Below are positions 14,883 through 29,273 of a stretch of 64,000 nucleotides of DNA, one piece after another (position 1 is the stretch's first letter; the number at the start of each line of letters is the position of its first letter). The stretch is taken from the NCBI GenBank assembly GCA_964016885.1, contig OZ024740.1, positions 208,072,001 to 208,136,000 of the forward strand. Direction: 5' to 3'. The position numbers were made by a program, and so were the translations under genes. This DNA comes from Eledone cirrhosa (lineage: Eukaryota). The notes beneath the pieces are model-generated. The model saw only the letters and a list, made by a program, of their open reading frames with translations, was not told the DNA's origin and made no database searches.

Positions 14883-15386
14883 TGGTCAGGTCACTTTGGA
14901 CATCCTGCAGGACTAAAAACAAAACCTGTCAAAGAGCAAAGGAGCTCTTAAGAGTCAATGGCCATCCAAAATCACCGGGAGAGATGACCCCTTAGCCTTT
15001 GTTAAGGCAGAATTCTAGGAGAAGGAAAACTCTGATATAACACCTGCAACCCTGATGGTATCCAATGATGTTGACTTGTTCTTCTTTTTGGTAAATATCA
15101 TCTTGGTTAAGAGAGTGGGACTGGCTTTGTGCAGTGCGTTTGCTCACTATAAAAGCTTCACGACACGGGCATTGCTTTATATCTGGAGATCTCTCTGCAC
15201 TTGTCGTCACATGGTACCATGGGCCCAGCACTATGTGTCAATAATTGTCACAAGTGTAGTGTTTGTACCAGAGTTTTCAAGTCGCTGGCTGGACTAAAAA
15301 GTCACACTCGTTCAGCGCATCGGTAGGGGTTCTCCTACATGGATATAAAGTAGTGGCCGTACTCGAAAACGAGTTGGCAGCCACCA
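14883..15386 (+). mobile_element. Non-autonomous retroelement, probably RTE-related bipartite
   Basis: Shares GAGTCAA.GGCCATCCAA with 35130-35323(-) and 57062-57590(-); 3' end GAGTTGGCAGCCACC followed by (ATGT)n. Confidence 0.55.
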
Positions 15387-16244
15387 TGTATGTATGTATA
15401 TATGTATGTGTATATGTATGTATATATGTATGTATATATGTATATGTATGTATATATGTATGTGTGTATATGTATGTATTGTTTGTTTACTGAGCACACT
15501 GTAGATCATGTCCTGGAATGTATTTATTCGTTGCCTAACTGTCTGGATGTGTTTTCTTAGGGCTCTGATAGTGTCAGAAGCAACACAACCACGTGTTGCT
15601 ACCCACCAAGAAAACAAAGTGAGACCAACAAGGGAGACTGTATTATAATTAGGGCCAGATTTACTGGGAGGCAAATATCTCACGGCTCTATTTCTGCGCT
15701 CTTATTGAATTTATAGTTTCAAATGTTTCCACACACACAACAGACATCCCAACATTTCACACACATTTCCTCGTTTCTGGTACATCTCAAAATTCCTATT
15801 TCAGTTTCAACTTGCTCTCTTCAAAGTTTTAGTGTCCCACTGTTCCATTTTTGCTCTGAGGAAGAAGGCAGAAAAAAATTTCTGTGCGGGCTTTTTTAAA
15901 GATCTGCGCCCAAAAATGCCGCCTGTATTCTCGGCTCCTCAATTCTCTCGAAAGCCGTAAAATGATGCCTGGAGACCAGGTACGCAGACTTGTCCCGAAT
16001 GGCTGAGGCTGCTCCTCATTGATATTCACCTGGCGCTCTTCATCTTGAGGAAATGCTTCTCCCTCCCCCAAATTCTTGTTCACGCTGCGCAGTGCATCTT
16101 GTCAACCCCACTCAGATCTCCTCGGTCATCTCGACGCCACCATCTGACGCTGTGAGGAACTCATCTGCAATGTCAGTTTCCACAGCGTTGGCTGGCAACA
16201 TGCGAAGTTCCGCTTAAAAAAACAAAAAATTCATAGAAATAGTT

Positions 16245-17292
16245 ATATCAACTAGAAATTGATTGACATATACATATATATCTAAAATAAACATATGAAA
16301 CAATCACAGGGAATAATTTGTAAAAGTGTGTAAGCACACATAGCCAGGTAGGTAACTAATTAAAGTTTAACTAGAACTTTAAATATAGATACCTTATAAA
16401 TTGATTAATCTTCCTTATATATATATATATCAATTTCTAGTTGATATAAAATGCTCGGATCTATTCATTGGAATCTTTGAGCATATTCTACAGTGGATAT
16501 GGCGCATGTCTCGGACATGACACCCTTAATTTAATTTTGGGTATATACACAGCCCCTTAATTGTAGAGCTAACTCAGTTGAAAGGACTCGGCTGCTATTT
16601 CTAGTAGTCGATAACCCTTTTCACGCCACAAACAAGGAAGATTAATCAATTTATAAGGTATCCATTTTTGAAGTGCTAGTTTAACTTTAATTAGTTACCT
16701 ACCTAGCTGTGTGTGCTTACACACTTTTACAAATTATTCCCTGTGATTGTTTCATATGTTTATTTTACTAGCATATTTACCCGGCGTTGCTCGAGGTTTG
16801 AAATTGTGCTAAGAATATACAGCTAGGAAATAAAAGAAGAACATTATTTGTCCCCAACCTGTCAAAATAAGCAGACGTCTTCAATAATTAATCCAAACGA
16901 ATATATTTGGTGAAAAGGTTATCTCCCTTTTTTATAAGGATTGTCAATAAAGTTTGTTATCTCCCTTACATCAATTTTTCTACCGATAATTTTGATATCG
17001 ATTTTTTATTGTGGGTCGATTTGAAAAATGTTTGTGATGTAACAATCTTATCGACCTGTGCAACGTGCACAGAAAATTTGGTCAAATTCAGTTGGTAATT
17101 GTGAAAGCCTTATGCATGCCAAGTTGTACACAGACACACACACATACTCGCTTTTATATATATAAAGATATATGTCAATCAATTTCTAGTTGATATAAAA
17201 TGCTCGGATCTATTCATTGGAATCTTGGAGCATATTCTACAGTGGATATGGCGCATGCCTCTCGGACATGACACCCTTAATTTAATTTTGGA
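16245..17292. repeat. Inverted plus direct repeat element interrupted by a Helitron
   Basis: 16284-16416 is the reverse complement of 16634-16766; 16430-16540 is repeated at 17180-17292; related copy at 36430-36595. Confidence 0.75.
16768..17169 (-). mobile_element. Non-autonomous Helitron
   Basis: 5' TC, 3' hairpin (CGAGCAACGCCGGG) then CTAG; inserted between A and T with no TSD. Confidence 0.75.
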
Positions 17293-17576
17293 TATGTAGA
17301 AATAGTTATAGTAATTCGACACCAATATATGACAGATAATGTAAAATAAAAAGAAATTCAGTGATCTTGATTTTACGATAGTCTTTACAATGCCTGGTAA
17401 CTTTGTTTTTACTCATGATCTTGTTTACTAAAGAGTGTGACCTTGTAGATATTTCATATGTATATCTTGTCATTGTATACTGTATCCTGTTTCTTATCTG
17501 TAAAGCCTTTTGTGATATTGTTATGCACAATCAAAAACAAGCACACACACACGCACACACACACGTATGTATTTGT

Positions 17577-17632
<56 letters not shown>

Positions 17633-18099
17633 TATATATATATATATATGTATATATGTGTGTGTGTGTCTGTCTCTCTGTCTGTCTATATATATCCATA
17701 TCAGATTGACTGCTGAGAGAAAAGAGTATTCAATACAGAGGTAGAGTTTTAATATTCAATTTAAGGAGGCTAAATAGTGAGTCTTGTTACTCTGGAATTT
17801 CGCCTGTTTATCACAAAACTCTTGTCTGATGACCCTGTGATAAACAGCTGAAACTCCAGAATAACAATATTCACTATCAAGTTTAAGCAAAGAATCGCTG
17901 CTTTCACCTTTAATGGGATCTTCTGAAATAAAAAAAATCAATCTGTGGACGCAGAAGTAAATATTTCGAAAAACTTTACAACCGAAGGAAAACATAAAGA
18001 CGATACTTTGGTTCGTGAAGACGTTCTCTGGCAATGAACGGAAAAAAAGCGAGGATAACATTGTTGTGTGGAGCGCTGATAACGATTTCACGCAAAGAC

Positions 18100-19460
18100 A
18101 AAAAACACGTTTAAGGTCTAAATAGAATACTAGTCTAATTACTAGTATTCTATTTAGAATAATCGAATGATTCCCAGCTCCGGAGTTTAAGAATAATGTA
18201 AATAAAGCTGTTAAACGAAAATGACAGAGGTTATAAAAATAGTAAAAGTATGCCGTTTTATCCAATCAACAACTACTACTCTTCCATCACTTTACCACTA
18301 CTTCTTAGAGCTATCAATTTCAATAAAACGCCGACGGTGGTTAGGATTTCGAAGTTGATGTAATCTTAAATGCCCGTAAGTCAGTGATAAATTTCAACGA
18401 CTCTGTTTGGCTTTAAAAAATCAAATAGTACACCATTCGACGTAAGTATCGGTGCCAGCAATTCGGCGGAGGTCACAGATATTATCGGCCTATTCCTACT
18501 ATTCTCAATTAAAGAGGAATTCCCTAATGTAGGCGGAAGCCTGTACCACGATGATGTTCTTTTGACTATGACCAAGTGCGGACCCCGCTCTTGCGACAGG
18601 TTTAGGAAATAACTCACCGCTTTCTTTAAAGGCTAAATTACATTAGTAAGCATTCTAATCATCCAACCAGCATAACCAAGGAGCTGGTAAGAAACGTTTC
18701 ATTGAGCCTTTCTCGTCTATCAGAAAACGAGCATATTTTCACCGATCTTTCCACATATTACAATGAAAGTCTATCTCGGAGTGGATTTGTTGATAAGGTA
18801 CAATATACTAAGTACGAGCATAAACCTAGGAAAAATAGATCCCGGCGTATTATATGGTATAACCAACCATATAATATGGAGGTGGTCACTGCAATAGCAA
18901 CAATTTTTCTCTCTTTAATTAAGAAGCATTTCCCTTCAGCACATAAATATAATAAAAAAACTTAATAGAAACACTGTTCAAATATTTTACTCAACGACTC
19001 CAAACTTCGCACATAACATCACTGCATCAAATTTAGCCAAATTACCTAGCCAAATTATCCTGTAACTGTAATTGTAGAAATCGAGAAATGCCTATCCAGT
19101 AATATTGTCTACAAATGTAAGGTCGACACACCTACGTCCCGTAGGGCCTACATAAGGTTAACTGCCAATAGATTAAATCAGCGTCTTTTCTAAACACTTT
19201 AAGAAGGAACATGATGTCACTTTTGGCCTATATCTGCATTTTAAATGACAACCACACCCGATAGCGGTTACACTGGAATATCCTAGCTAAAGCTAGATCG
19301 TATAATGGAAACAAAGGACCATGCGATCTTTGCGCCACTGAAGCCCTGGAAACACTCTACGCCAATGAACAAATCTTAAACAAAAAATATGAGGTTATTT
19401 CGGCTTGTAAACACAAATTGCACAAAACCTTCCTGTATTATAGCCCCACATTATACCCTA
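18100..19460 (+). pseudogene. Degenerate Naiad-type Penelope-like element (RT + GIY-YIG)
   Basis: FDVSIGASNSAEVTDIIG, LYHDD, SNHP, RIIWYNQPY, CNCNC, CDLCATE, LNKKYE...CKH; multiple frameshifts. Confidence 0.82.
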
Positions 19461-19666
19461 ACGGATAGTGCGGACAATACGCAGATAATATACGTCATGA
19501 TGTGGTAGCTAAGTAAACTTTATGTTTAAACCATTATTTATTATTTATTCGTATGTTCGTGCAGGTACGTATACTTTTTACGTATGTATATATGCATGTG
19601 TTATAGGTGTGTATATATATATATATGTGTGTGTGTGTGTATGTGTATATATGTATGTATATGTGC

Positions 19667-19712
<46 letters not shown>

Positions 19713-19858
19713 ATTGTTTCTACTTTAGGCACACGGCCAGCAATCACCCAGTGCATTGCTGGTACTTTATTTTATCGACCCTGTAAGGATGAAAGGCAAA
19801 GTCAACCTCGGCTAATAATAATAATGGTTTCTTTCAAATAGATATAATGGTTTCTTTC

Positions 19859-19925
<67 letters not shown>

Positions 19926-19930
<5 letters not shown>

Positions 19931-22290
19931 AGGAATATGGGAGCAGGATGTTAGACATAATGTCCAGGCAGGGTGGATTGAGACAGTACAGAGGGAGATC
20001 GGTGAGCAGGCACAACAACAAACTGATTTGAGTATCACAGTTGAAACTCTTAAGGGGCAGGCCAAAAAACTAACCAACTGGAAATCACCAGGCCCAGATG
20101 GTGTGCAGGGGTATTGGATTAAACATTTAACATCCCTCCACCCGAAGCTGACGGCCATGTTCAATGACTGCTTGGTGTCGGGTGAGGTGCCAGAGTGGTT
20201 GACAAAAGGTACCACAGTTCTGATAATGAAAGACCGAATCAAGGGTAATGATGTTACCAACTATAGACCTATCACATGTCTGTCCGTAATGTGGAAACTG
20301 TTGACGAGCATTGTGTCTGAGGAAATCTACCATCACCTCCACACAAACAACTTGTTACCGGACGAACAGAAAGGATGCCGAAAGAAGTCACGTGGTACAA
20401 AGGACCAGTTACTTATTGATAAGATGGTAATGGGGAATTGCAGGAGGAGACACACTGATCTTGCCATGGGATGGATAGACTACAGAAAGGCATTTGACAT
20501 GGTGCCTCATTCTTGGATCACCAAAAGCCTGGAGATCTTCAGGGTGGCAGATAACATCAGACAGTTGCTAGGCAGGAGTATGGGGTCCTGGGAGACAGAG
20601 TTGACATCAACTGGAGTATCCTTGGGAAGCGTGAAGATCAAGAGAGGTATCTTCCAGGGAGATAGCCTGTCCCCTCTGTTGTTTGTCCTTGCCCTCATGC
20701 CCTTGACCATTATGCTGCGAAAAGTGAGAGCAGGATACAAGTTGGGAAGGGGAGAGCTTACCATCAATCACCTCCTCTTCATGGACGATCTTAAGCTCTT
20801 CGGGAAAAGTGAGAAGGAGTTGGATGTGCTTGTTGACACTGTCCGTATTTTCAGCAGTGATATATGTATGCAGTTTGGTATTGGTAAATGTGGAGTCATT
20901 GTGATGAGGAGGGGTAGGTTGAGCAGAAGTAACGGGATCCAGATACCAACAGGTGAGATGATAAAGGAAATTGACTGAGGAAGGATACAAGTATTTAGGC
21001 GTTCTGGAGGCTGATGGCATAAAGAACAAAAAAATGAAGGAATTGTTAAGAACTGAATACATTCGGAGAGTAAGGAGCGTATTGAAGTCACATCTGAACA
21101 GCAGAAATGCCATAAGCGCAGTAAATTCCCGAGCTGTGTCTATTATTAGGTACAGTGCGGGAATTCTGAGATGGAATGTTGCTGAAGAAAAAGAAATGGA
21201 TAGGAAGACTAGGAAGCTATTGACTATCTACAACATGTTCCACAAGAGGAGTGATGTCGATAGACTACCTAAGGAGATCTGAGGGTGGAAGAGGTCTTAT
21301 CAGCATAGAGGACTGTCTTCAGATGGAGAAAAACAACCTATACAAATACGTGACCTATAGTAAGGAGCCAATGCTCAGAACTGTACTGAAGGAGGGGACA
21401 GTAGGCCAGGGGATGTCCAAGGAGGAAATAACATCAAGGAGGAAGAGCAGCCTTAAGGGAAAATCCCTTCATAGTACCTTCTTTGAGAAAACTGAATTTA
21501 GAGATCCACAGACATGGAACTGGTTGAGAAGAGGAGACCTCAAAAAGGCTACAGAAGGAATGCTAATGGCTGCGCAGGAGCAGGCCCTCAAAACGAAGTG
21601 GTTGAAGCACCATATTTACAAGGAGGAGGCTAGCCCACTGTGCAGGATCTGTGGAGAGAGAGAGGAGACTGTGGCTCACATTGTGTCCGAGTGTAAACAC
21701 CTAGCCCAGACCCACTATAAGGGCTGGAGACACGATGTGATGGGCAGGGTGATCCACTGGCACCTGTGCAAAGTAAACAATTTACCACACTCTGAGAAAT
21801 GGTATGAGCATAGGCCAGAGGCGGTAATGGAGAACAATCAGGTGAAGGTGCTGTGGGATTTTAGGATACAGACGGACAAAAAACTGGAACACAATAGACC
21901 TGACCTGGTGGTTGTGGACAAAGAAAAAAGATCGTGTCTGATTGTGGATGTGGCCTGCCCGTTCGACACGAGAGTACAAGAGAAGGAGAGGGAGAAAATT
22001 AACCGATACCAGGACCTAAAGTGGGAGGTGAAAAGGATTTGGAACTGCCATGAAGTCAAAGTGATCCCGATTGTCATAGGCGCACTGGGGACTATCTCCA
22101 AAAGTTTCCAGGGATGGTTACAGAAAATCGGCCCCTTCACGCTTTTTGGAACGCTTCAAAGGGCATGCTTGCTTGGAACAGCAAGAACCCTCCGATACGT
22201 CCTGAATATCTGAGGCTGCAGGTAGTGGCTTGATATTCAATCCAACGGACTTTCCAGTTAACCAACATCAATGACTGAGATTCAAGGAAT
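19926..22290 (+). mobile_element. 5'-truncated R4/Dong-like RLE LINE in (TAA)n
   Basis: RT (WKSPGPDG, DYRKAFD, GIFQGDSLSP, FMDD), CCHC knuckle CRICGEREETVAHIVSEC, RLE RPDLVV..VDVACP..K; two frameshifts; (TAA)n on both flanks. Confidence 0.93.
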
Positions 22291-22296
22291 AACAAC

Positions 22297-22332
<36 letters not shown>

Positions 22333-22536
22333 CATGGTTATAAATGGAAGAAAACCCCCTCTGTCTACACTATATAGAACAGTCAAATAACAGCAATTTC
22401 ACCAACATCAGAAACTATATACACCACCTACCCCATCACCCTCTGTGTACACTAAACACAACAGCCAGATAACGGCAATTTCACCACCACCACCACCAAT
22501 CTCAGCATAATAATAATAATTACTATTATTATTGCC

Positions 22537-23400
22537 TCAAGTTTTAGTTTTAACAAAATGTTTAATTCCAATATTAAGGTAATATGTCAACACATATACG
22601 CGACTAACGATAATTTCACTAAAGATAATTTCACCACCAATACCACCACCACTACCACGATGAAAACTCTGGTCAAGTCGACTCAAATTTCTACTCCAAC
22701 TTCAAAACCATCACTACAGTAATACGACCACATCACCACCACCACTGCCTCATTATCGCTACCGCCGCTATTCTCTCCCACTACCTCCTGCTAGTTGCTG
22801 CTAGCACAGCACCGCCAACACCACTACCACCACTGCCTCATTATCACTACCGCCGCTATTCTCTCCCGCTAGCCCCTGCTACATTGTAGAATTCCCACTA
22901 AAAGAGGAAGACATCAAAATATATAAATAGACTGAATTGATGACCCGGTCAAAATCAAAAAAAAAAATCAAAATCAAGTTTTAGTTTTAACAAAATGTTT
23001 AATTCCAATATTAAGGTAATATGTCAACACATATACGCGACTAACGATAATTTCACTAAAGATAATTTCACCACCAATACCACCACCACTGCCACGATGA
23101 AAACTCTGGTCAAGCCGACTCAAATTTTTACTCCGTCTTCAACACCATCACTACAGTAATACGACCACATCACCACCACCACTGCCTCATTATCGCTACC
23201 GCCGCTATTCTCTCCCACTACCTCCTGCTAGTTGCTGCTAGCACAGGACCGTCACCACCACCACCACCACTGCCTCATTATCACTACCGCCGCTATTCTC
23301 TCCCGCTAGCCCCTGCTACATTGTAGAATTCTCACTAAAAGAGGAAGGCATCAAAATATATAAATAGACTGAATTGATGACCCGGTCAAAATAAAAAAAA
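22537..23400. repeat. ~437-bp tandem duplication with nested ~90-bp repeat
   Basis: TCAAGTTTTAGTTTTAAC at 22537 and 22974; ACCACCACTGCCTCATTATC occurs twice per unit. Confidence 0.9.
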
Positions 23401-23699
23401 AACAAAAATAAAAATCAAAGCAGCACAGCACCAACGAAAAACGTAAAGGAAATAAAAATGAAGAGAAAAACAAACGGACGGACAGAGAAGGGAAGGGAAA
23501 AACTAAGTCAGACATTCAAACACTACATTACAATGAAACTTATGCTTATTCATTTTGGGTTTTTTTTCTGGCTGTTTGTTTGTTTGTTTATTTGGGTTCG
23601 TCTACAGCGTGATAATGCCACACAAAAGTCACGTGGAGTGACGAAACCACCGGAGACGAGTAATTCACCGGTGGTTATGTAACCATACATTCGCCAATC

Positions 23700-26600
23700 C
23701 TCGATAAGAGTGTTTAAATGTCGAACCTAAACAGTTCGAATAACGGTGAAACGAGATTGGTCCATTTAAATTAGATGAACAAAAACTGGCCGGGCAGGCT
23801 CGGGTAATAAGAACTAATGGGGGGATAAGCGAGCTGGAACTGGAGGAACTGAGCAGAGAGATTAGCTTGGAGATGGAGAGTGGAGTATGCCAGGCAAACG
23901 AGCCAGTGGGAAATGAAGGTGAAGAGTTCGAGAGAACGGAGGAACCACCCGAAGCAGACAATGATCTGAATGCTGAGATAAATAATACCTGGAACAGAGA
24001 TACGGCCACTGAGGAGATGAATGCTGACGGGCTAGGACAAGATTTGGTTGATATCCTAAACTTAGTGGTAGATGAATTGAACAATGATAGTGGGAGACCT
24101 ATGAACCTAAGATTTGTAGACAGGAAAAAGTTAAAAGAAACAACAGATAAGGTAAACAAAGTCATCCCATACCTTTAGGCGAGGAGCCTTCACCAGTGCA
24201 ACAATATCCTCAAAGCAACAGCAAATACGTTGAGGAAACTACTTGGTATAAAAGCGAGAGGAAACAACAGACAAGAAAGAGCAGAGCCTTGGTGGAAGAA
24301 ACGACTGAGTGGTCAAATCAGGGAAATGAGAAATGACATTGGAAAGCTTGAGTCCCTACTGAATGGAACACTAAAAAACATAGACACTAAAAATAGACTG
24401 GAAATAAAGTACAAAACTAGGAGGAAAAAGCTAAATATTATCATAGAGGAACTGAAGCAACGCATTGTAGCAAAGAGTGCAAAAATCAGGCGATACGAGA
24501 ACAGAGTCAGTCAGTATAGACAGAACCGCATGTTCGACAACAACCAGAAGATGCTGTTTGGACAGCTTGAAGGGAAAGAAAGAGGCAACGACTTGATCCC
24601 TGAGGCGGAACAAACTAAAACATACTGGAGAGGAATATGGGAGCAGGATGTTAAACATAATGACCAGGCAGTGTGGATTGAGACAGTACAGAAGGAGATC
24701 AGTGAACAGGCACACCAACAAACTGATTTGAGTATCACAGTTGAAACTCTTAAGGGGCAGGCCAAAAAACTAACCAACTGGAAATCACCTGACCCAGATG
24801 GTGTGCAGGGGTATTGGATTAAAAACATAACATCCCTCCACCCGAAACTGACAACCATGTTCAATGACTGCTTGGTGCCAGGTGAGGTACCAGAGTGGTT
24901 GACAAAAGGTACCACAGTTCTGATAATGAAAGACCGAATCAAGGGTAATGATGTTACCAATTATAGACCTATCACATGTCTGTCCGTAATGTGGAAACTG
25001 TTGACAAGCATTATGTCTGAGGAAATCTACCATCACCTCCACACAAACAACTTGTTACCGGACGAACAGAAAGGATGCCGAAAGAAGTCACGTGGTACAA
25101 AGGACCAGTTACTTATTGATAAGATGGTAATGAGGAATTGCAAGAGGAGACACACTGGTCTTGCCATGGAATGGATAGACTACAAAAAGGCATTTGACAT
25201 GGTGCCTCATTCTTGGATCACCAAAAGCCTGGAGATCTTCAAGGTGGCAGATAACATCAGACAGTTGTTGGGCAAAAGTATGAAGTCCTGGGAAACAGAG
25301 TTAACATCAACTGGAGAATCCTTGGGAAACGTGAAGATCAAGAGAGGTATCTTCCAGGGAGATAGTCTGTCCCCTCTGTTGTTTGTCCTTGCCCTGATGC
25401 CCTGACCAGTGTACTGCGAAAAGTGAGAGCAGGATACAGGTTGGGAAAGGGAGGGCTTACCATCAATCACCTCCTCTTCATGGACGATCTTAAGCTGTTC
25501 GGAAAGAGTGAGAAGGAGTTGGATGTGCATGTTGACACTGTCCGTATTTTCAGCAATGATATAGGTATGCTATTTGGTATTAGTAAGTGTGGAGTCATTG
25601 TGATGAGGAGGGATAAGTTGAGCAGAAGTAACGGAATCCAGATACCAACAGGTGAGATGATAAAGGAAATTGACTCTGAGGAAGGATACAAGTATTTGGG
25701 CGTTCTGGAGGCTGATGACATCAATAACAAAAAAATGAAGGAATTGATAAGAACTGAATACACTCGGAGAGTAAGGAGCGTATTAAAGTCACATCTGAAC
25801 AGTAGGAATGCCATAAGTGCAGTACATTCCCGAGCTGTGTCTATTATTAGGTACAGTGCGGGAATTCTGAGATGGAATGTTGCTGAAGAAAAAGAAATGG
25901 ATAGGAAGACTAGGAAGCTATTGACTATCTACAATATGTTCCACAAGAGGAGTGATGTCGATAGACTCTACTTAAGGAGATCTGAAGGTGGAAGAGGTCT
26001 TATCAGCATAGAGGACTGTGTTCAGATGGAGAAAAACAACCTACACAAATACGTGACTGATAGTAAGGAGCCAATGCTCAGAACTGTACTGAAGGAGGGG
26101 ACAATAGGCCAGGGGATGTCCAAGGAGGAAATAACATCAAGGAGAAAGAGCAGCCTTCAGGAAAAATCCCTTCATAGTACCTTCTTTGAGAAAACTGAAT
26201 TTAGAGATCCACAGACATAGAACTGGTTGAAAAGAGGAGACCTTAAAAAGGCTACAGAAGGAATGTTAATGGCTGCGCAGGAGCAGGCTCTCAAAACGAA
26301 GTGGTTGAAACACCACATTTACAAGGAGGAGGCTAGCCCACTGTGCAGGATCTGTGGAGAGAGAGAGGAGACTGTGGCTCATATTGTATCCGAGTGTAAA
26401 CACCTAGCCCAGACTCACTATAAGGGCTGGAGACATGATGTGATGGGCAGGGTGATCCACTGGCACCTATGCAAAGTAAACAATTTACCACATTCTGAGA
26501 AGTGGTATGAGCATAAGCCAGAGTCGGTGATAGAAAACGATCAGGTGAAGATGCTGTGGGATTTTAGGATACAGACGGACAAGAAACTGGAACACAATAG

Positions 26601-26989
26601 ACCTGACCTGGTGGTTGTGGACAAAGAAAAAAGATCGTGCCTGATTGTGGATGTGGCCTGCCCATTCGACACGAGAGTGCAAGAAAAGGAGAGGGAGAAA
26701 ATTAACCGATACCAGGACTTAAAGTGGGAGGTAAAAAGTATTTGGAACTGCCATGAAGTCAAAGTGGTCCCGATTGTCATAGGCGCACTAGGTACTATCT
26801 CAAAAAGTTTCCAGGGATGGTTAAAGAAAATTGGCCCCTTCACGCTTTTTGGAACGCTTCAAAAGGCATGCTTGCTGGGAACAGCAAGAACCCTCCGATA
26901 CGTCCTAAATATCTGAGGCTGCAGGTAGTGGCTTGATATTCATTTCAACAAACTTTCCAGTTAACTAACATCAATGACTGAGACTCAAA

Positions 26990-26992
<3 letters not shown>
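23700..26992 (+). mobile_element. Near full-length R4/Dong-like RLE LINE (pseudogenised)
   Basis: N-terminal EQKLAGQARVIR..ISELELEEL, PWWKKRL, RT, CCHC and RLE; stops near 24177 and at 26218, frameshift near 25403; (TAA)n tail. Confidence 0.93.
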
Positions 26993-27073
<81 letters not shown>

Positions 27074-27229
27074 TAATATTTATACCTATATATCTAATTT
27101 AGATGCAGTTATAAATAAGATAAGGGTAATATTTTGTATTACCCAATAAGAATATTAGGTCAATGTAAAATATCAGATATATTACAGAGCAGAAATATAA
27201 CAATCAAATTTGTGTTTAATACATTTAAT

Positions 27230-27276
27230 TGCTGACGATCGTTTCTTCCAGACAAATGTCTGGAATCATCGGAGCA
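27230..27276 (-). ncRNA. Type I hammerhead ribozyme (U4C core variant)
   Basis: tgct CCGATGA ttccagac-attt-gtctggaa GAAA cgatcg TC agca; lies at the end of a ~1.3-kb skewed AT-rich PLE-like 3' UTR. Confidence 0.8.
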
Positions 27277-29079
27277 TATACAAATAATAAATTCCTAATC
27301 TTTAGAACACTCATTAAGATACATGATAATTATTAATGTCAGTAACAATATATTGAAGAGTAAGATGCATAAAATAATATTACAATGAAAAGATAGGAAA
27401 AAATATTGAAAAGTATTATAAAGAGAGTATTACTTAAAGTCAATATATCAAGCATATCACAAAAAGAATGTAAATAATAGCATAGAGCATGCATTAAGGT
27501 AAGATAGATGTGTAGTGATAGCATGCATATATATGTTATGTAAGCATTATATGATGAATTAATTATAGGCAAAGATGTTTATGCAAGAGGTTTTATAAAA
27601 AGTTAAATAAAGTTTATTTAGAAAATGTTAATATCTATAGTTATGACGCAATAAGTAAAGAGTTCAAATAAATATATAAAACAAACATTTAATCCAAAGG
27701 TATGAATTATCAGGTACTTCTTCTTTAATGTTCTTCTATAAGGTACTTCTTCGTTAACTCGATGCTCTAGTTGTTGTGTCATAATTAGTGTTTTGATATT
27801 ATCTTAGTTGACATTCCTCAAAGTAATACATCAAGTTAGATTACGGTTAAAGTCCAAACATCAGCTTGTAAAAAACCTTAAGTTTGTGATGCTGTTAACA
27901 GGTAGATATTAACGGTTACATTTTGAAAAAGTTAATGAATCAATACAAAGGGAGTTAATAAAATAAGAGAGGTAATTAAGAAAATAAAAAAATTATTAAG
28001 AGGTCTTTTATATATTAAAAACCTATAAACAATATATATACTTATAATATTTATATATCTTTTTATTTATATATAATTTAAATATTTATTAATTTTTTTT
28101 TAAATTTATCTTTTCCCAAATTATATAAAGAATGACAAAGTATTAATTTGGAGAACAAATTTATCTAGTAGGAGATAATTTATGGTGGAATAAAGTATAC
28201 ATCTAATTTATGTGCACTATTGCCAGCTACCTATATGAAATGATTAAATGGAAGATACTTTAAGAGGGATAACACAGTAGCGTCAACAATGTGTTTATTT
28301 AAGCTTATTATGGTTATTAGGGTAATAATGTATAAATAAAGTATAGGATCTGTAGTAGACAAAAGAAGTTACAAGTAGTGTAAGGTTTTAGTAATAGTTT
28401 GATAATTAAGTGAGAAAAAAAGATATATGATAAAATAGGCCTAAGTTAATGGGTGAGGTATGTATGTGTATGTGTGTATGTATGTATTACATGTATGTGC
28501 GTACGTGCGTATATATGTATATGTACGTATGTATGTACTTATATATATTTATGTGTATGTGTGTATATATATATATACATTTATGTATGTGTATAGAAGC
28601 GTATATGCATGTATGTGTGCGTGTATATGCGTATATATATGGATGTGGTTATATATACGTGTGCGCGTGTTTATGCGTATGTGTGTGCATGTGTATATGT
28701 AAGGGTTTATATATATATTTTATATATGTATAATCCTTATCGAATCCACTTCGGATTTTAGTCTTCACCTTTATTATTACTATATATATGTATCTCTAGT
28801 CCCCTTCTCAGCAAGGAAGATGAAAATAACTTACGTCAACACTTAACTTTAAATCTTTAATTTTTAGTTTTTAATTCTTATTAATTCTTTTTAATTGTAA
28901 TACTCAACATTTCATAAGATGAATTTTAATAATACATCGAAACCGGTAATACTTTTTATACATTATATAACTCTTTTTTAAAAGAATTGTCCCGCTCATT
29001 TTTTTCAATAATGTCACTTGGACGAATCAAAGAAAGGAAAAAAAAGAAGAAAAGAAAGAAAAACTGACCCTAAAATATA

Positions 29080-29184
29080 TTTTCCGTACTATTTCCAACT
29101 TCACCTCTTCTCTATAACCACTGTTTTGTATAGAACAAAACAGTGGTTATAGAGAAGAGGTGAAGTTGGAAATAGCACGGAAAT
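29080..29184. repeat. Near-perfect hairpin (~48-bp arms)
   Basis: TTTCCGTACTATTTCCAACTTCACCTCTTCTCTATAACCACTGTTTTG and its reverse complement, with a short loop. Confidence 0.9.
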
Positions 29185-29199
29185 AGAACCTTCCTTCCC

Positions 29200-29273
<74 letters not shown>

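Noticed and set aside
17756-18265. 169-aa minus-strand ORF
   Set aside because: No recognisable domain; it partly overlaps the antisense of the degenerate Naiad
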